DNA of 64,000 nt, taken from contig OZ024741.1 of the NCBI GenBank assembly GCA_964016885.1, positions 46,872,001-46,936,000 of the forward strand. The letters are read 5' to 3'. This DNA comes from Eledone cirrhosa. Its lineage: Eukaryota. Below are positions 29,322-46,090 of this stretch, piece by piece. Within the stretch, counting starts at the first letter, position 1. Each line of letters opens with the position of its first letter. The notes beneath the pieces were generated by a model. That model was not told where the DNA came from. It saw only the letters and a program-made list of their open reading frames with translations, and ran no database searches. The translations under genes and the position numbers were made by a program.

Positions 29322-30383
29322 CATACATATATATATATACATACATACATACATATATATATATATACATACATATATATATATATATACATACATACAT
29401 ATATATATATATATACATACAAATATATATATATACATACAAATATATATATATATATATACATACAAATATATATATACATACAAATATATATACACAT
29501 ATATATATATATATACACATATATATACATATATACATACATATATATATATATATACATACATATATATATATATACATACATACATATATATATGTAT
29601 GTATGTATATATGTATATATATACCCATGTGGAGGTATGAGTAGATATTCGTGTGTGTACGTATGTGTATGTGTGTTTTTATATGTGTCTCTATATGTTT
29701 TTGTGTATGTATGTGGATGTATTTGTACATGGGTGTGTGATTGATGGTGTGTGCCTATATATTCCTTCATATGCCCGTGTGTGTATGTACGTATATGCGC
29801 ACATATGTGTGTGTTGAACAAAGGACTAACTTTGGGATGGACGTAGAAACTTGACAGGTGCGATTTGCCTGTGACCATTCTCAACACAAAAGCAATACTA
29901 AAAGCTTTTTCCCCTGAATAAAAGAATTTTCGAGAATGACCGGGGCAGGCCGCACTTGCTACATTTCTCCCCACCCAACCCTACTCACCGTCTCAACTCA
30001 TTACTGCTATGAACACTTTTTCAACACACCTACACCCATGCACTTATTAAAGGGGGAGAAAAGAAACCCCCACCACACCACAGACATGTTAAATCCCTAT
30101 ATATAGAACAACACACCACATACACATCAGTTTGACAAGCGCACCTCAGCGTGAAAGGTCTTTCTAAAAACGAAACAATACATCCTACGTTAACCAAGAA
30201 CTCCTAAGACCTAACCAACAACCAACAACTTAATTTATAAAATAAATTTTTTTTAAGAAAAATTCTTTTTGGATTTTGTGAAGAAAATAAATTTGTTGAA
30301 AGCAAAAGTGAAGCCATTTTTTCTTCCCCCCTGTCTTAATATACCTAACTGTACCAAGGATTACACACATTTTCCAATATGTA

Positions 30384-30511
<128 letters not shown>

Positions 30512-30604
30512 TATATGTATATATATATATGTATATATATATATAATGAAGTCGGTGTTATAACGGTATGTCGAATCTATTTATCTATAAAACTGTTTAT
30601 ATTG

Positions 30605-30670
30605 TATTTTGTCTGATGAAGGCATAGCATATTGTTAATATGATATCCCCGAAATATATATAATGAAATA
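30605..30670 (+). ncRNA. Hammerhead ribozyme motif in a short PLE-end fragment (30546-30720)
   Basis: TATTTTGT-CTGATGA-AGG..CCC-GAAA-TATATA-TA-ATGAAATA, then AATAAA; palindromic loop III. Confidence 0.6.
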
Positions 30671-30720
30671 AATATGGTTTTATAAATATAGTTTTCCATT
30701 TATTTAATATTGTAATATTG

Positions 30721-30877
<157 letters not shown>

Positions 30878-30878
30878 G

Positions 30879-30913
<35 letters not shown>

Positions 30914-30914
30914 G

Positions 30915-30950
<36 letters not shown>

Positions 30951-30985
30951 CATGTATGTGTATTTATATATATATATATATACAT

Positions 30986-33900
30986 GGTTAGAGAAAAAAC
31001 TTTCCTTGAGCTTTGGGGTAACACTAGTGAGGTCATTAGGTGGTTCTCTACGGATTGTGGTCGTGACTCACTCAAATTCATCCAATTTGATATTGATGCT
31101 TATTATACATCTATATCTCCTATTATCCTCAATAAGGCCCTCATCCTAGCCATGCAGAGGGGGGCAATTACAAGGCCACAGATAGATATTGTTCTCGCTG
31201 CACGTAAAACCATTATTATGTTTGAGGATAATCTATGGACGAGAAAAAACACACCTGATAATTTTGACATTACTATGGGGTCGAGTGACTCTGCTCAAGT
31301 CACCGACTTAGTTGGGCTATACCTCCTCAATGAACTGCATAGTAACTTCCCTTTCCTTAGGGGCGGGTTGTACCGGGATGACGCCCTACTCTCCATAGAT
31401 ACTAGTAAGTATAATATAGTGCGCATTAGGAAAAAGCTGCATAGTTTTTTTAAAACATTTAACCTATCCATTACTATGGATATAAATGATAGAACTGTGA
31501 ACTTCCTGGATGTTACATTGGACTTGGATAACCATACGCACACACCGTACCATAAGCCTAATGGATTGCTGACTTACGTGAATACCAACTCTAACCACCC
31601 TAGGTCGGTCATCAGCGGTATACTGAAGGGCGTATCTAACAGAATAAGTTCACTCTCACATAGTGAGGAGGCGTTTGACTCGCAGGCTGATTACTATAAT
31701 GATGCCTTAGCTAGATCCGGCTTTAGGGACAAATTGTATTACACCCAGGGAAATAATAGTCCTAATAGTAGCTCTACCAGTGTTGTTATAACACATAATA
31801 TGTCCATTGGTAATGGAGGTGTCGCGAATGGGAGGGTTCTAAATGCCGGTGGAATGAAGCAGCAGGGCACCATTAGTCTAAGTAATAGCAATAGAGGTGT
31901 CGCGAATGGGAGGTTTCTAAATGCCGGTGGAATGAACCAGCAGGCCACCATTAGTCTAAGTAATAGCAATGGTAGGCCTCGCAGCTCCCCGCATAAATTA
32001 GGTGAACATAGTAACCGTAGAAATAATAATGATAATAATAGTGATGGAAATAGAAAGAATAAAAAGAATAGAAGAAGATTGAATACATACTTCAACCCCC
32101 CTTTTAATTCTGAAGTGGCTATAAATATTCCTAGGGCCTTCTTCTCTGTGTTAGAAAGGAACTTCCCTCCTGGTAATAGGTACCACTCTATCCTCAATAA
32201 GAATGTTGTTAAACTTTCGTATTCTACAACCCAAAATCTGGCCTCTCATCTGGCCATTACTAATAATAAGAAAATAAAGGAAGGCCTGGACAACCTAAGC
32301 CTAGGGGAAAACACGGTAGTGGACAGAGTGGGCAGAAACACAAGTGGTGATCATTCTGAGAATAGCATCACCAGAGGTTGTAACTGTAGAAGGGCTTCAG
32401 GCTGCCCCCTGAATGGTTTCTGCCTTGTTAGAAACATAGTTTATGCGTGTGATGTGGTAACTACGGTGTCCAATAAAACCTATATAGGATCAACCTCCAC
32501 CCCCTTTAAGACCAGGTTTAACTTTCACCAATGCACTTTTAGACATAATAAACTGAGGAACTCCACCTCCTTGGCAGCGTACGTCCATAATTTAAAAAAT
32601 GCACGAACACATTACACACTTACTTGGCGGCAGGTTGCTAAATCCCATCCATATACTCCTCATAATAGAGTATGTAACCTATGCCTTGCCGAATCCCACT
32701 CTATTATATTTGCTAAATGCCCTCTACTAAATAGAAAGTCTGAAATATTTTCCTCTTGCCCCCACCGAATATTAAGCTCTTTCTTCTACTTTAAACCTGT
32801 TAGCTAGCACTTCCTTATTTCTCTATTTCTCCAGTTGGGCTATCTTGTGTAACTGTCTCTGATTGTGTGTAACTGTCTCCTATTGTTGGTCTTCTATGTA
32901 TATGAGTCGGTGAGTGTATACGTATGCCTGCGGGAGGATATTGATCTGGATATTGGGGTGTACAGGTGAGTGGGTGTGTATGTTAATAAGCATACCTGTT
33001 TGGCACAACGGATGTAACCCATCCACGCTCGCCTAACCACCATTGGTGCATTGGTGGGTCTATCCTGACGTATATCTTGTGGATCTGTACCTCTGTATGC
33101 ACATGAGTTGTGATGTAATGTATCTATGTAGAGCGTGTACTGTGATATAGGCTGCACTAATAGAAATTTAGCCTGTAACTGTGGGCGGACCCGTGCCATC
33201 CTGCCGTAAGCAGAGGATACGTGGCGCATGTACGTGTTGCCCTCATATTCTGTGGTTTAAGATCTACAGGCTGACTTCTGGGAGCTCTTGCCCGGGGTTG
33301 TAGTCTTTCTAGCACGATCGGCCTTCCATATATTGACGGTCGTTGTTATGATCCCGAAAGTAACGTTTTGGCCCCGATAGCCCTCCGTAGTTACTAACGG
33401 TCTGTGTACACTTGAATCGGGCAATGGCACGTGCGGACAAGATTATCTCCGTAGGAATTCAACTTTATTTTACTACATCTCATCGTATGTATTTATTTTG
33501 AATGTATTATCTGTGGTGGTGGGTCTGGTCTAATGTGGTATTTCGGTGTTTAATATCAGCTCTGACCCGGGTGTCCTACGCTGTGTGCGTGTGCGTGTGT
33601 GTCTGTGTATACATTTATATGTGTATGGGTGTAGGTGGTTGTATATGTCTGTGTATATATATAAAAAAATATGTATATATATATGTATACCGTCTCTGCA
33701 TATGCATGTGGTGTGTATATGTGCATATACGTGCTGAACATATTGATGTGTACAATCTTGTGATGTCCCAATGCGGTGACTTCATGGCTATTGAAGCTAT
33801 TTTTTATATATCTTTTGTCTTTTTATATATCTTTTGTATGCGCTCCAACTGTGTCTGCTTGCTTTGGCTAACCCGCCTGCACCTCGCTTGCTAATGCACG

Positions 33901-34412
33901 TGAATTCTCTTACCTTCCTTCGATGCACCTCTGTTTGACCATTGGACTCCTGCCCGGGTGTGAACCGGTTTGTGATTACCCCACCGCTCAACTGTGTGAA
34001 TGCACACCCGTGACTTTCGAGTGAACTTTTGGGACTGCCCAACCTGGGACGCCTCCATTGCCTTGCAATGGTCAAGTGATACTGCTGACTGTGACACTTA
34101 GTGCCTTCGTGGGCCCCTGATATTTTCAAGAAATATATTTTAAAAAAATGGTCAAGTGATACAGATAACTGTGACACTTAGTGCCTTTGTGGGCCCCCGA
34201 TATATTCAGGAGATATATTCTAAAAAAATATATATCTTATCTCAATTTACTTATTTCATTTTATTTTATTTTATTTCATTTTATTTTATTTTATTTTATT
34301 TCATTTCATTTTATCTAATTTTATTTATTTACTTATTTAATTTCATTTATTTATTTATTTACTTATTTATTTATTTATTTATTTAAATTTAATTTTAATT
34401 TTATTTATTAAT

Positions 34413-34452
<40 letters not shown>

Positions 34453-35085
34453 TTACATTTAATTATATCTTATATTATATTATTTTACTTTAGTCTATTT
34501 TATTTTACTTTAGTTTACCTTATTTTATCTTATTTTATGATTATATTATATTATGTTCTATTTTATATAATTTTAATTTTAATTTTATATTATTTTATTT
34601 CATTCCTTACCCTGTATCACTATTATCTGTATATTTTATATTTTATATGTAAGTTTGTTATATATTTCTTTATATTTTCTTATATATATTATAAGTCTGT
34701 TTTTCACCTATTTTTTACATACTCTTACCTAATCCTATCTATCTTATCTACTCTTGTCTGTTCTCTTATCCATGTGTATGCTTGTATGTAACTATATGTT
34801 GACAGCACCCCGCCCAACTGCGACTGATAGCACCCCTTATTTTTCATTGTTTATTTTATTATTTTATTTTTATTTTTATTTTTATTTTTATTCTTATTTT
34901 TACTTTTACTTCCTTAATATCCTTTATCTTCTATTATTTTTCATTCTTCAATGTCTTGGATTTGTTATTGCTTGTATGGTATGTAATTAACCTTTATGCT
35001 CTGATGAGTCCCACTTATAGTGCGGATGAAACAATGTTAGCAAGTAAAGATATGCATATGCTATAGGCGTTCTTTGTTATTTATT
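30986..35085 (+). mobile_element. 5'-truncated Hydra-like PLE (family B, copy 2); RT + GIY-YIG open from ~30986 to 32807
   Basis: [50 protein letters not shown]. In-frame tandem duplication in the linker (~31818-31973). Confidence 0.92.
34997..35042 (+). ncRNA. Type I hammerhead ribozyme motif
   Basis: TGCT-CTGATGA-GTCC..GGAT-GAAAC-AAT-GTT-AGCA. Confidence 0.75.
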
Positions 35086-36152
<1,067 letters not shown>

Positions 36153-36747
36153 TGGTGGCTGCCAACTCGTTTTCGAGTACGGCCACTACTTTATATCCAT
36201 GTAGGAGAACCCCTACTGATGCGCTGAACGAGTGTGACTTTTTAGTCCAGCCAGCGACTTGAAAACTTTGGTACAAACACTACACTTGTGACAATTACTG
36301 ACACATAGTGCTGGGCCCATGGTACCCTGTGATGACAAGTGCAGAGAGATCTCCAGATATAAAGCAATGCCTGTGCCGTGAAGCTTTTATAGTGAGCAAA
36401 GGCACTGCACAAAGCCAGTCCCACTCTCTTAACCAAGATGATATTTACCAAAAAGAAGAACAAGTCAACATCATTGGATACCATCAGGGTTGCAGGTGTT
36501 ATATCAGAGTTTTCCTTCTCCTAGAATTCTGCCTTGACAAAGGCTAAGGGGTCATCTCTCCCGGTGATTTTGGATGGCCATTGACTCTTAAGAGTTCCTT
36601 TGCCCTTTGACAGGTTTTGTTTTTAGTCCTGCAGGATGTGCAAAGTCACCCTCCTCACCAAGAAACCTTGGCGGGGTTGCCAGTTTAGTCGCCAACGACC
36701 CGACCATGGGACAGGTTGTACTGGGATACATGTTACCAGTAGCACCA
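36153..36747 (-). mobile_element. Bipartite RTE-derived non-autonomous element, copy 3 (5' end ~15 nt short)
   Basis: Near-identical to the other copies. Confidence 0.82.
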
Positions 36748-37017
36748 TATATACATACATATATACATATATATATATACATACATATATACATATATAT
36801 ATATACATACATATATACATATATATATATACATACATATATACATATATATATATACATACATATATACATATACATACATATATACATACATATATAC
36901 ATATACATACATATATACATATACATACATATATACATATATATACATATATACATATACATACATATATACATATATATATATACATACATGTATATAT
37001 ATATATATACATACATG

Positions 37018-37086
<69 letters not shown>

Positions 37087-37114
37087 ATACATGTATATAT
37101 ATATGTATATATAT

Positions 37115-37213
<99 letters not shown>

Positions 37214-37236
37214 CATATATATATACATATATATAC

Positions 37237-37267
<31 letters not shown>

Positions 37268-37307
37268 CATATATATATATATACATACATACATACATAC
37301 ATACATG

Positions 37308-40300
37308 TAAGCCAGAGCCCCCCACCCCCATGCATCACTATTATTATTATTACGCGGACCAAATCATAAGCCAGAGGCCTATACTATCGCTTGCCCTGTT
37401 GCCTTCGATATATGATGGATGGATGGATGGACGGACGGACTGCGGAATCCTGGAGAGTGGAAGGGAGAGAAAAATCTGGACGCTCAGAGCGAAAATGCCA
37501 AAGTTAAAGTCAAATTCACCTCGTGGACGAGAATGCGAGCACTCCTCTTTGTTTCGTCCGCGGATGGCTAACATAACCCTATCTCCTCCCGCCCCCCCAC
37601 CACCCCCACCCTCCAAACGCAACCCAAAACTTCAGAGTTGGTACCATAAATGTAGGCACCCTAAAGGGTCGCGCTAACGAGGTTGTAGAAATGCTTGAAC
37701 GTAAGGAGGTCGATGTTTGTTGTATTCAAGAGACCAGGTGGAGGGGTGGGTCTGCTAGATTCATTGAGGGTAAAAAACGATGTTATAAGCTTTTCTGGGT
37801 GGGAAACGACGATGGGCTGGGTGGAGTAGGAATCATGGTAGCAGAAAAGTGGGCAGATAAGATAATAGACGTAAATAGAGTGAACGACAGAATAATTAAA
37901 ATAAGACTTGTCCTCAATAGAGCTACGGTGACAGTAATATCTGCGTACGCACCCCAATCCGGACTGCCCGGCACTATAAAAGACAGATTCTATGAGACAC
38001 TGTTGCTAACTACCTCCCAAATATCTGACAGTGACTATATAATTATTGCAGGCGACCTAAATGGTCACGTTGGACAACATTGTGACGGCTACGACGAAAT
38101 CCATGGAGGCTATGGGTTTGGTACTAGAAATGAGGAAGGCTCCAGAATCCTGGAATACTGTGATGCAAATAACCTAACTATCTGTAACACTAACTTCAAA
38201 AAACGTGACAATCACCTGATCACCTATAGATCCGGGGAACACACAAGCCAGGTAGATTATATCCTTACCAGAAGACGTGACAGAGTGTCTGTTGTAAACA
38301 CTAAATCCCTCCCCCATGAAGAATGCACCTCCCAACATAGACTGATAATTAGCGACCTCATAGTCAGGACGAGACGTACTCGACAGCAGAAGAGGACTAT
38401 CCTCAGGAGGAAAATATGGAAACTAAAGGACCCCACAGCCAGAAATAAATATCAAAGCATATTACTTGATGCTTTCGACAGTAAGGAAGAGCATCTAGAA
38501 TCGGACAATATAGAGGGACAGTGGGAATTTCTGAAAGCAAACCTGCTGTTGGCGACAGACGAAGTCTGTGGCTGGAGCAGGCCTGTAGGCAGGAGGAGAG
38601 TAACATGGTGGTGGAACAGTAGGGTGGAGGGGTCAATTAAGGCCAAAAAGCAGGCTTGGAAAGTATGGCGGGATGGGGGAAGTAGAGTAGACTATCAAGT
38701 GGCCAGGAGGGAAGCTAGGAGAGAAGTGTACTTAGCAAGAAGGGAAGCTGAGGAAAGAAAGTTCAAGCATGTTCTACAACGCGATGACCAAAAACGTGAG
38801 GTGTTCAGGATTGCCAGGCAATGCGTCAAGGAAAACCGTGATATTGTCGGGGAGAAGTGTGTACTTAACGATGATGGCATACTTGCTATCACCGACACTG
38901 ATAAGAAGGTAGCTTGGAAGTGTCACTATGAAAGGCTACTAAATGAGGAGAATAAATGGGAGAAAGACAGTCTCCCCCATATCGACCCGATAGAGGGACC
39001 AGCAGTGTTAGTCGAGGGGAGTATAATAAGTAAGGCAATCAAGGATATGAAGACTGGTAAGGCGGCTGGGCCTTCGGAAATAGTTGCTGAGATGCTGAAG
39101 GCATCTGGCACGGTGGGACACACCATGGTCACCCGCATAGTTAACCAAGTCGTACAGAATGGGGTTGTTCCGAAGGACTGGCATAGCAGCATCATCGTTA
39201 ACTGTTATAAGGGTAAAGGAGACGCCCTAGATAGGAGTAACTATAGAGGCATTAAATTAATCGACCAGGTCATGAAGGTCACGGAAAAAGTAATAGCGCA
39301 ACTAATCAGAGAGAGAATTGATCTAGATGAAATGCAGTTCGGGTTTGTGTCAGGCAAAAGCACCACAGACGCTCTTTTCATAGTACGACAACTACAGGAG
39401 AAGTACCTAGCTAAAGGTAAACCCCTCTACTTAGCTTTTGTCGACCTGGAGAAAGCCTTCGACAGAGTCCCCCGCTCCATTATCTGGTGGGCTCTTAGAA
39501 AACTAGGCGTTGACGAATGGCTTGTGAGGGCTATACAAGCCATGTATAAAGAAACAGTCAGCAAGGTTAGAATTAACAACGAATATAGTGAAGAGTTTAG
39601 CGTAAAAGTTGGCGTCCATCAGGGCTCTGTTCTCAGCCCCCTACTATTTATTATTGCCCTTCAGGCTATAACAGAGGAGTTCAAGACAGGCTGCCCATGG
39701 GAACTCCTATACGCAGACGACCTGACACTCATAGCGGAATCAATGGCCGAGCTAGAGAAGAAATTCCAAACATGGAAGCACGGCCTAGAGTCAAAAGGAC
39801 TTAAAATTAACCTGGCTAAGACCAAAGTTCTAGTTTGTAGGAAAGAAAACAAGGCGGCGGTCCCTTCTGGGAAATGGTCGTGCTCGGTATGTAGGAAAGG
39901 CGTAGGTAGAAACTCCATCTTATGTCCTAAATGCAAAGTATGGGTGCATAAAAGATGTAGTGGGATCACAGGTAAGCTAACTAAGAACATAGACTTTACA
40001 TGTGGCCGGTGTTCTGGTGCAATAAGTAGCAGCAAGTGCCCACAAAATACTAGCTCTTTCAATTGCGCAGAGGGTTCTATAGAAATAGTGGACAGCTTCC
40101 GTTACCTGGGCGATAAAATCAGCAGTGGGGGAGGGTGCTCTGAAAGTACTGTAGCTGCTAAAGGGTTCTCCCTAAAAATGAAAGGCAGGTTGTACGATGC
40201 CTGCATACGAACAGCAATGTTGCATGGTAGTGAGACCTGGGCATTGTGTGCAGAGGATATACGCAGACTAGAGAGGAACGAAGCTTGCATGCTCCGCTGG

Positions 40301-40981
40301 ATGTGTAACAGTAATATACGTGAACGGCAAAGCATAAACGAACTAAGGAAAAAATTAGAGATAAGAGGGATCAGATGTTGTTTACTCGAGAGAAGGCTGC
40401 GTTGGTATGGACACGTGATGCGCATGAAAGTCGATAGCTGTATTACAAAGTGCAGGGCAATAAAGATAGACGGTAGCCACGGAATAGGCAGACCTAGAAA
40501 AACGATGGGATGAGCTGATAAACTCCGACCTCACACACTTACACCTCTCCAAGACAATGTCACTGGACTGTGACCTTTGGCGGTACTCAGTAACAGAGAA
40601 GACCCGCCTTGCCAGTAGGCATCTCTAACAAAATACACCCCGTCCCGCCACCACCCCCACCCCATCCACACCACCCCGTTCTATGTAAAGTTATGTTGGT
40701 GCCGCGCCATCCAGGCCGAAACAAATGAGATCGTGTAGGTGTCACGACAAAAAAACACACAGTCCACGCTGTAATGTGGCCGTGTAGGCAACACGGTAAA
40801 AACCTCCCAGACCCACACTGTAAATGTGGTTGGTGTTAGGAAGGGCATCAAACTGTAGAAAACCTGCCAGACAGTCCTATGCGAGCAAGACAATCACTCT
40901 TGCCTCAAGTGGGACTACCCCCGTCCAAACCCATGCAAGCGTGGAACACGGACGTTAAACGTTGATGATGATGATGATGAT
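37308..40981 (+). mobile_element. RTE-clade LINE (family A1, copy 2); ORF 37691-40513
   Basis: Highly similar to 15770-19589. In-frame loss of [17 protein letters not shown] between TAGCT microhomologies, terminal frameshift near 40503, (GAT)6 tail. Confidence 0.93.
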
Positions 40982-40983
40982 AT

Positions 40984-41017
<34 letters not shown>

Positions 41018-41025
41018 ATATACAT

Positions 41026-41118
<93 letters not shown>

Positions 41119-41139
41119 CATACATGTATATATATATAT

Positions 41140-41243
<104 letters not shown>

Positions 41244-41321
41244 ATGTATATATATATATATATATATATACATACATACATACATGTATATATATATATA
41301 TACATACATGTATATATATAT

Positions 41322-41707
41322 ATGTAAGTATGCATGTATACGTACATACATATATGTATACAGACGTACAGTAGCATGCACATATATATATATATATATA
41401 TACATATATACATACATATGCATACATATGAAAGCTAACAAGCTTGAAACTAGTACATCGTTCCTGTGTCAGTGTTGAACAAAAAGGTGACGTGGTTGCC
41501 TTAACACCGTATGGCATAAATTCAGGCTGTTCAGTTTGTTTACAAACGAACAAAGCGACGTTATAATAAGCGCCGCTAAACTGTTACGTGCATATATGTA
41601 TGTGTACCTGTATGCATATGTATGTATATATGTATATATATATATATGTGCATGCTACTGTACGTCTGTATACATATATGTATGTACGTATACATGCATA
41701 CTTACAT
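41322..41707. repeat. Fold-back structure: ~100-bp inverted arms around a ~180-bp core
   Basis: 41322-41426 is the reverse complement of 41609-41707, apart from TA-run length. Confidence 0.8.
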
Positions 41708-41791
41708 TTAAGTAAGTGCCATACTAAGAGTGAGAAATGAAATTTCGTTTTCATTTTGTTTCAATTTATATATATATATATATATATATAT

Positions 41792-41857
<66 letters not shown>

Positions 41858-41944
41858 ATATATACATACATATATATATATATACATACATGTATATATA
41901 TATATATACATACATGTATATATATATATATATCCATACATGTA

Positions 41945-41986
<42 letters not shown>

Positions 41987-42022
41987 CATATATGTATACA
42001 TATATGTATATATATACATACA

Positions 42023-42058
<36 letters not shown>

Positions 42059-42257
42059 CATATACATATATATATACATATATATATATACATATATATA
42101 TATACATATATATATACATATATATATATACATATATATATATACATATATATATACATATATATATATATACATATATACATATATATATATACATATA
42201 TATATACATATATATATACATATATATATATACATATATATATACATATATATATAC

Positions 42258-42358
<101 letters not shown>

Positions 42359-42361
42359 CAT

Positions 42362-42470
<109 letters not shown>

Positions 42471-42517
42471 CATACATGTATATATATATACATACATACA
42501 TGTATATATATATATAT

Positions 42518-42568
<51 letters not shown>

Positions 42569-42585
42569 CATGTATATATATATAT

Positions 42586-42674
<89 letters not shown>

Positions 42675-42724
42675 CATGTATATATATATATATACATACA
42701 TGTGTATATATATATATATATATA

Positions 42725-43330
42725 TGGTGGCTGCCAACTCGTTTTCGAGTACGGCCACTACTTTATATCCATGTAGGAGAACCCCTACTGATGCGCTGAA
42801 CGAGTGTGACTTTTTAGTCCAGCCAGCGACTTGAAAGCTCTGGTACAAACACTACACTTGTGACAATTATTGACACATAGTGCTGGGCCCATGGTACCAT
42901 GTGACGACAAGTGCAGAGAGATCTCCAGATATAAAGCAATGCCTGTGCCGTGAAACCTTTATAGTGAGCAAAGGCACTGCACAAAGCCAGTCCCACTCTC
43001 TTAACCAAGATGATATTTACCAAAAAGAAGAACAAGTCAACATCATTGGATACCATCAGGGTTGCAGGTGTTATATCAGAGTTTTCCTTCTAGAATTCTG
43101 CCTTGACAAAGGCTAAGGGGTCATCTCTCCCGGTGATTTTGGATGGCCATTGACTCTTAAGAGCTCCTTTGCCTTTTGACAGGTTTTGTTTTTAGTCCTG
43201 CAGGATGTCCAAAGTCACCCTCCTCACCAAGAAACCTTGGTGGGGTTGCCAGTTTAGTCGCCAACGACCCGACCATGGGACAGGTTGTACTGGAATACAT
43301 GTTACCAGTAGCACCAACTGGTGACCTGAC

Positions 43331-43331
<1 letters not shown>
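42725..43331 (-). mobile_element. Bipartite RTE-derived non-autonomous element, copy 4
   Basis: Near-identical to the other copies. Confidence 0.82.
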
Positions 43332-43367
<36 letters not shown>

Positions 43368-43386
43368 CATGTATATATACATATAT

Positions 43387-44420
43387 AAGGCGGGTAAAAT
43401 TCCCGAGATCCATGGACGAGTTCTCTCCAGCGGTCTCTGTCCCTCATTATCGCTGCTATGTCCTGCGTCTCCAACAGACCAGTGTCTGTCCTAAGGGCAT
43501 CAACATACGTTAACCTTGGTCTTCCTCTTCTAGTGTGTCCAAGTAGGGGCTCCCAAAGGAGCACTGAGTGCAATGTCAACTCTGGATGTCGGTGAGCATG
43601 TCCAGCTAACCTCAGTCTCCTCTGTGTCACTTTTGAGCTGACTTTTGGGATGCTCCCATACAGCCCTGAGTTTTTCATCCTCAGTGTATACTGATTAATG
43701 TTCAGAGCCATCCTCAACTTTCTCGTGTAGCACCCATCCACCATCTGAGTGAGTTTCTTGGTCAGTGTCCAAGTATCAGACCCATACGGCAGCATAGACT
43801 CCACTACAGCAATGAAGAGGCAGACTTTCAGGTCTCTACGAAGGTCCGACTTCCACACCGATCTCAAGCTGTGGCACGCCATCTTCCGTATTCCCAATCT
43901 TTGCTCCCAAATACAGGAGGCCCTCAACCAATTCTAGCGGCTTCCCGCCTACATTAGTGATCCCCTCTGGCTTCTCAACATTCTCTACCAGATATTTTGT
44001 TTTAGTCTCATTCATTCTCAACCCCACACTCATCGACACAGTCTCAACCTCCCGCATCAAATCATCTGCCTCCTTCACTGTATTTGTCACCAAAACTATG
44101 TCGTCGGCAAATTCAGGATCCGATACCTTTTTCGTCCTAACTCTCCTGCTCTGAGCCGGTGCTACAGTAAAGCCAGAGTCCTGGTGTTTCTCCAGTGCAA
44201 GGCGCATACAATAGTCCACTACGATGATAAAAAGGAAGGGAGCCAATGTATCTCCCTGGAGCACTCCAGCCAGTATCTCAAAGAACTCTGTCATCCCATC
44301 AGGTGTAATGACTTGGGCTTTGGTGTTGGTGTAGAGCAGTGATATCAGGTCCACTATCTTCTTGGGGATTCCATAAGCCTGTAAGATCATCAGGCAGTAA
44401 CGGTCCACAGAATCAAAGGT
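43387..44420 (-). mobile_element. RTEX-like LINE, 3' half (RT core to 3' end), frameshifted
   Basis: FDSVDR, YGIP, AGVLQGDTLAPFLFIIVVDY, FADD, YGSDTWTLT, LWEP..GRPRLTY; ends at TA tract. Confidence 0.88.
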
Positions 44421-46090
44421 CTGGGTATGACATTAAACTGAGTATGACATTAAACTGGGTATGACATTAAACTACATCCAGTGGCAAGGCTCCAGTTCGG
44501 GAGTTCAGGAGTTGTGGGGAATGTGGAGTTACCCCTTAGTTGTCATGACTCCCAGGTCTGCCCTAGCCCGGGGTGGTAGTACCTGTTAGGGCTCCATTTA
44601 TGGGTTAAATAACTACCTAATTCGAGTGGCGCCGGTAAGGTATTGTCACCCATTTGAAAAGAAATATGGAGAGTCGATCTAACAGCACTAGGGTTAGAGC
44701 CCTTAATTACACTGTCAAGGAGCAGCCTGGTCATTATGACTCTGCTGGCTTAGAGCCACAGAGAGGGCCAGTGGATGATGGATCAGCTGTCTCCGAGACA
44801 AATATAAAGAATGCAGTTTTGTCCTGCAGAAGAGCCATCAAAATGGGCACTTTGAATGTGAGGACTATTCGGACACTGGAGAAGAGAGAGGAGTTGGGAC
44901 ATCTGTTTGAGGAGAGTGGTTTACAGATACTTGCGATCCAAGAACACAGGATCCTACACGATGAGCCCGTGAGGAGTGTGATGATCGGGAAGAGGAGCCA
45001 GCTCATCACTACATCGGCAGTGAAGAACACAACAAATGCTGCAGTAGGAGGAGTGGGTTTTGTGTTCAGTGCAGGAACCAATCTGTTGGTGAGGGAAATA
45101 ATGCCTATCTCCCCGCGAGTGTTGAGGGTGACCTTCAATGGAAACCCAAGACTGACAGTCATCTCAGCCTATAGTCCAACCGAGGGGGACAGTGATGTGA
45201 GTGCGGAAGAGTTCCATGAGGAGGTGTGTAGAGCTGTCAACACCACTCAGGCACACAATATCCTGCTTGTTTTGGGGGACTTCAATGCACATCTGAGTAA
45301 GGAGGGCAGTGAAGATCCTTTCTGGTACTTCCATAACAACACCAACCGAAATGGAAGACTACTGAGAGACACCCTGCTGGAGGCGAACTTGATGGCGACC
45401 AACCTAAGCTTTAGGAAGAATCTGGGGAAGATGGGGACCTACATCTCAGATTGATTTCATTCTGGTGAGGAAAAAGTGGCGAAATAGTGTTCTGAACACA
45501 GAACCATAGTTATTTCAGTACACTGGGTAGTGACCACCGGCTTGTTATGAGTGAGGTCCGGGTGAGCTTAAGAAAGAGCAAGGCTCGGCACCGGAGAGCA
45601 ATCTATGACTGCTGAGCTTTCAAGGAAGATGATAAGCTACAGGAGAGGTTCACAGTGGAAGTGAGAAACAGGTTTAGTGCTCTGTGTGGAGAGTCAGAGG
45701 AGAGAGAGATTGGATGGACTGAGGAGAGTGTGACGAGGAGGTACGGGCACTTCACCAATGCAGTGGCGGAAGCAAGTGAAACCCTGGTGCCGAGGAAAAA
45801 GAACAAAGGGAAGCACGTCAGCTCTGCAAACCCAAAAGTGTGTGCAGCCAGAGAACACCTGAAGGCTGCCAAGGACCAATTCTATGCTGATCCTACGGAG
45901 GAGAGGATGGAGACTGTGGAGGTGATGAGGGAAGAACTCTGTACCGCTTACACTGAGGTCAGAGAGGAGGCACTGATAGAGAAGATCAGAAGTGTGGAGA
46001 GAGCGGTTGACAGATCTGGATGTAAGGAGAGCTAGATGATCATCAACGAGATCACAGGGAGGAAGAGAAGGTGTTCGAGTCAGATCCAGG
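44421..46090 (+). mobile_element. RTEX-like LINE, 5' half (5'UTR + APE endonuclease), inverted relative to 43387-44420
   Basis: GTLNVRT, LAIQEHR, GGVG, ISAYSPT, LGDFNAH, SDHR. Triple 17-bp repeat CTG(G/A)GTATGACATTAAA at the junction. Confidence 0.8.

Noticed and set aside
29624-30377. Unique island with TTGACAA..GCGTGAAAG hammerhead-like motif near 30130
   Set aside because: Core has multiple mismatches and no clear stem I; left unclassified.
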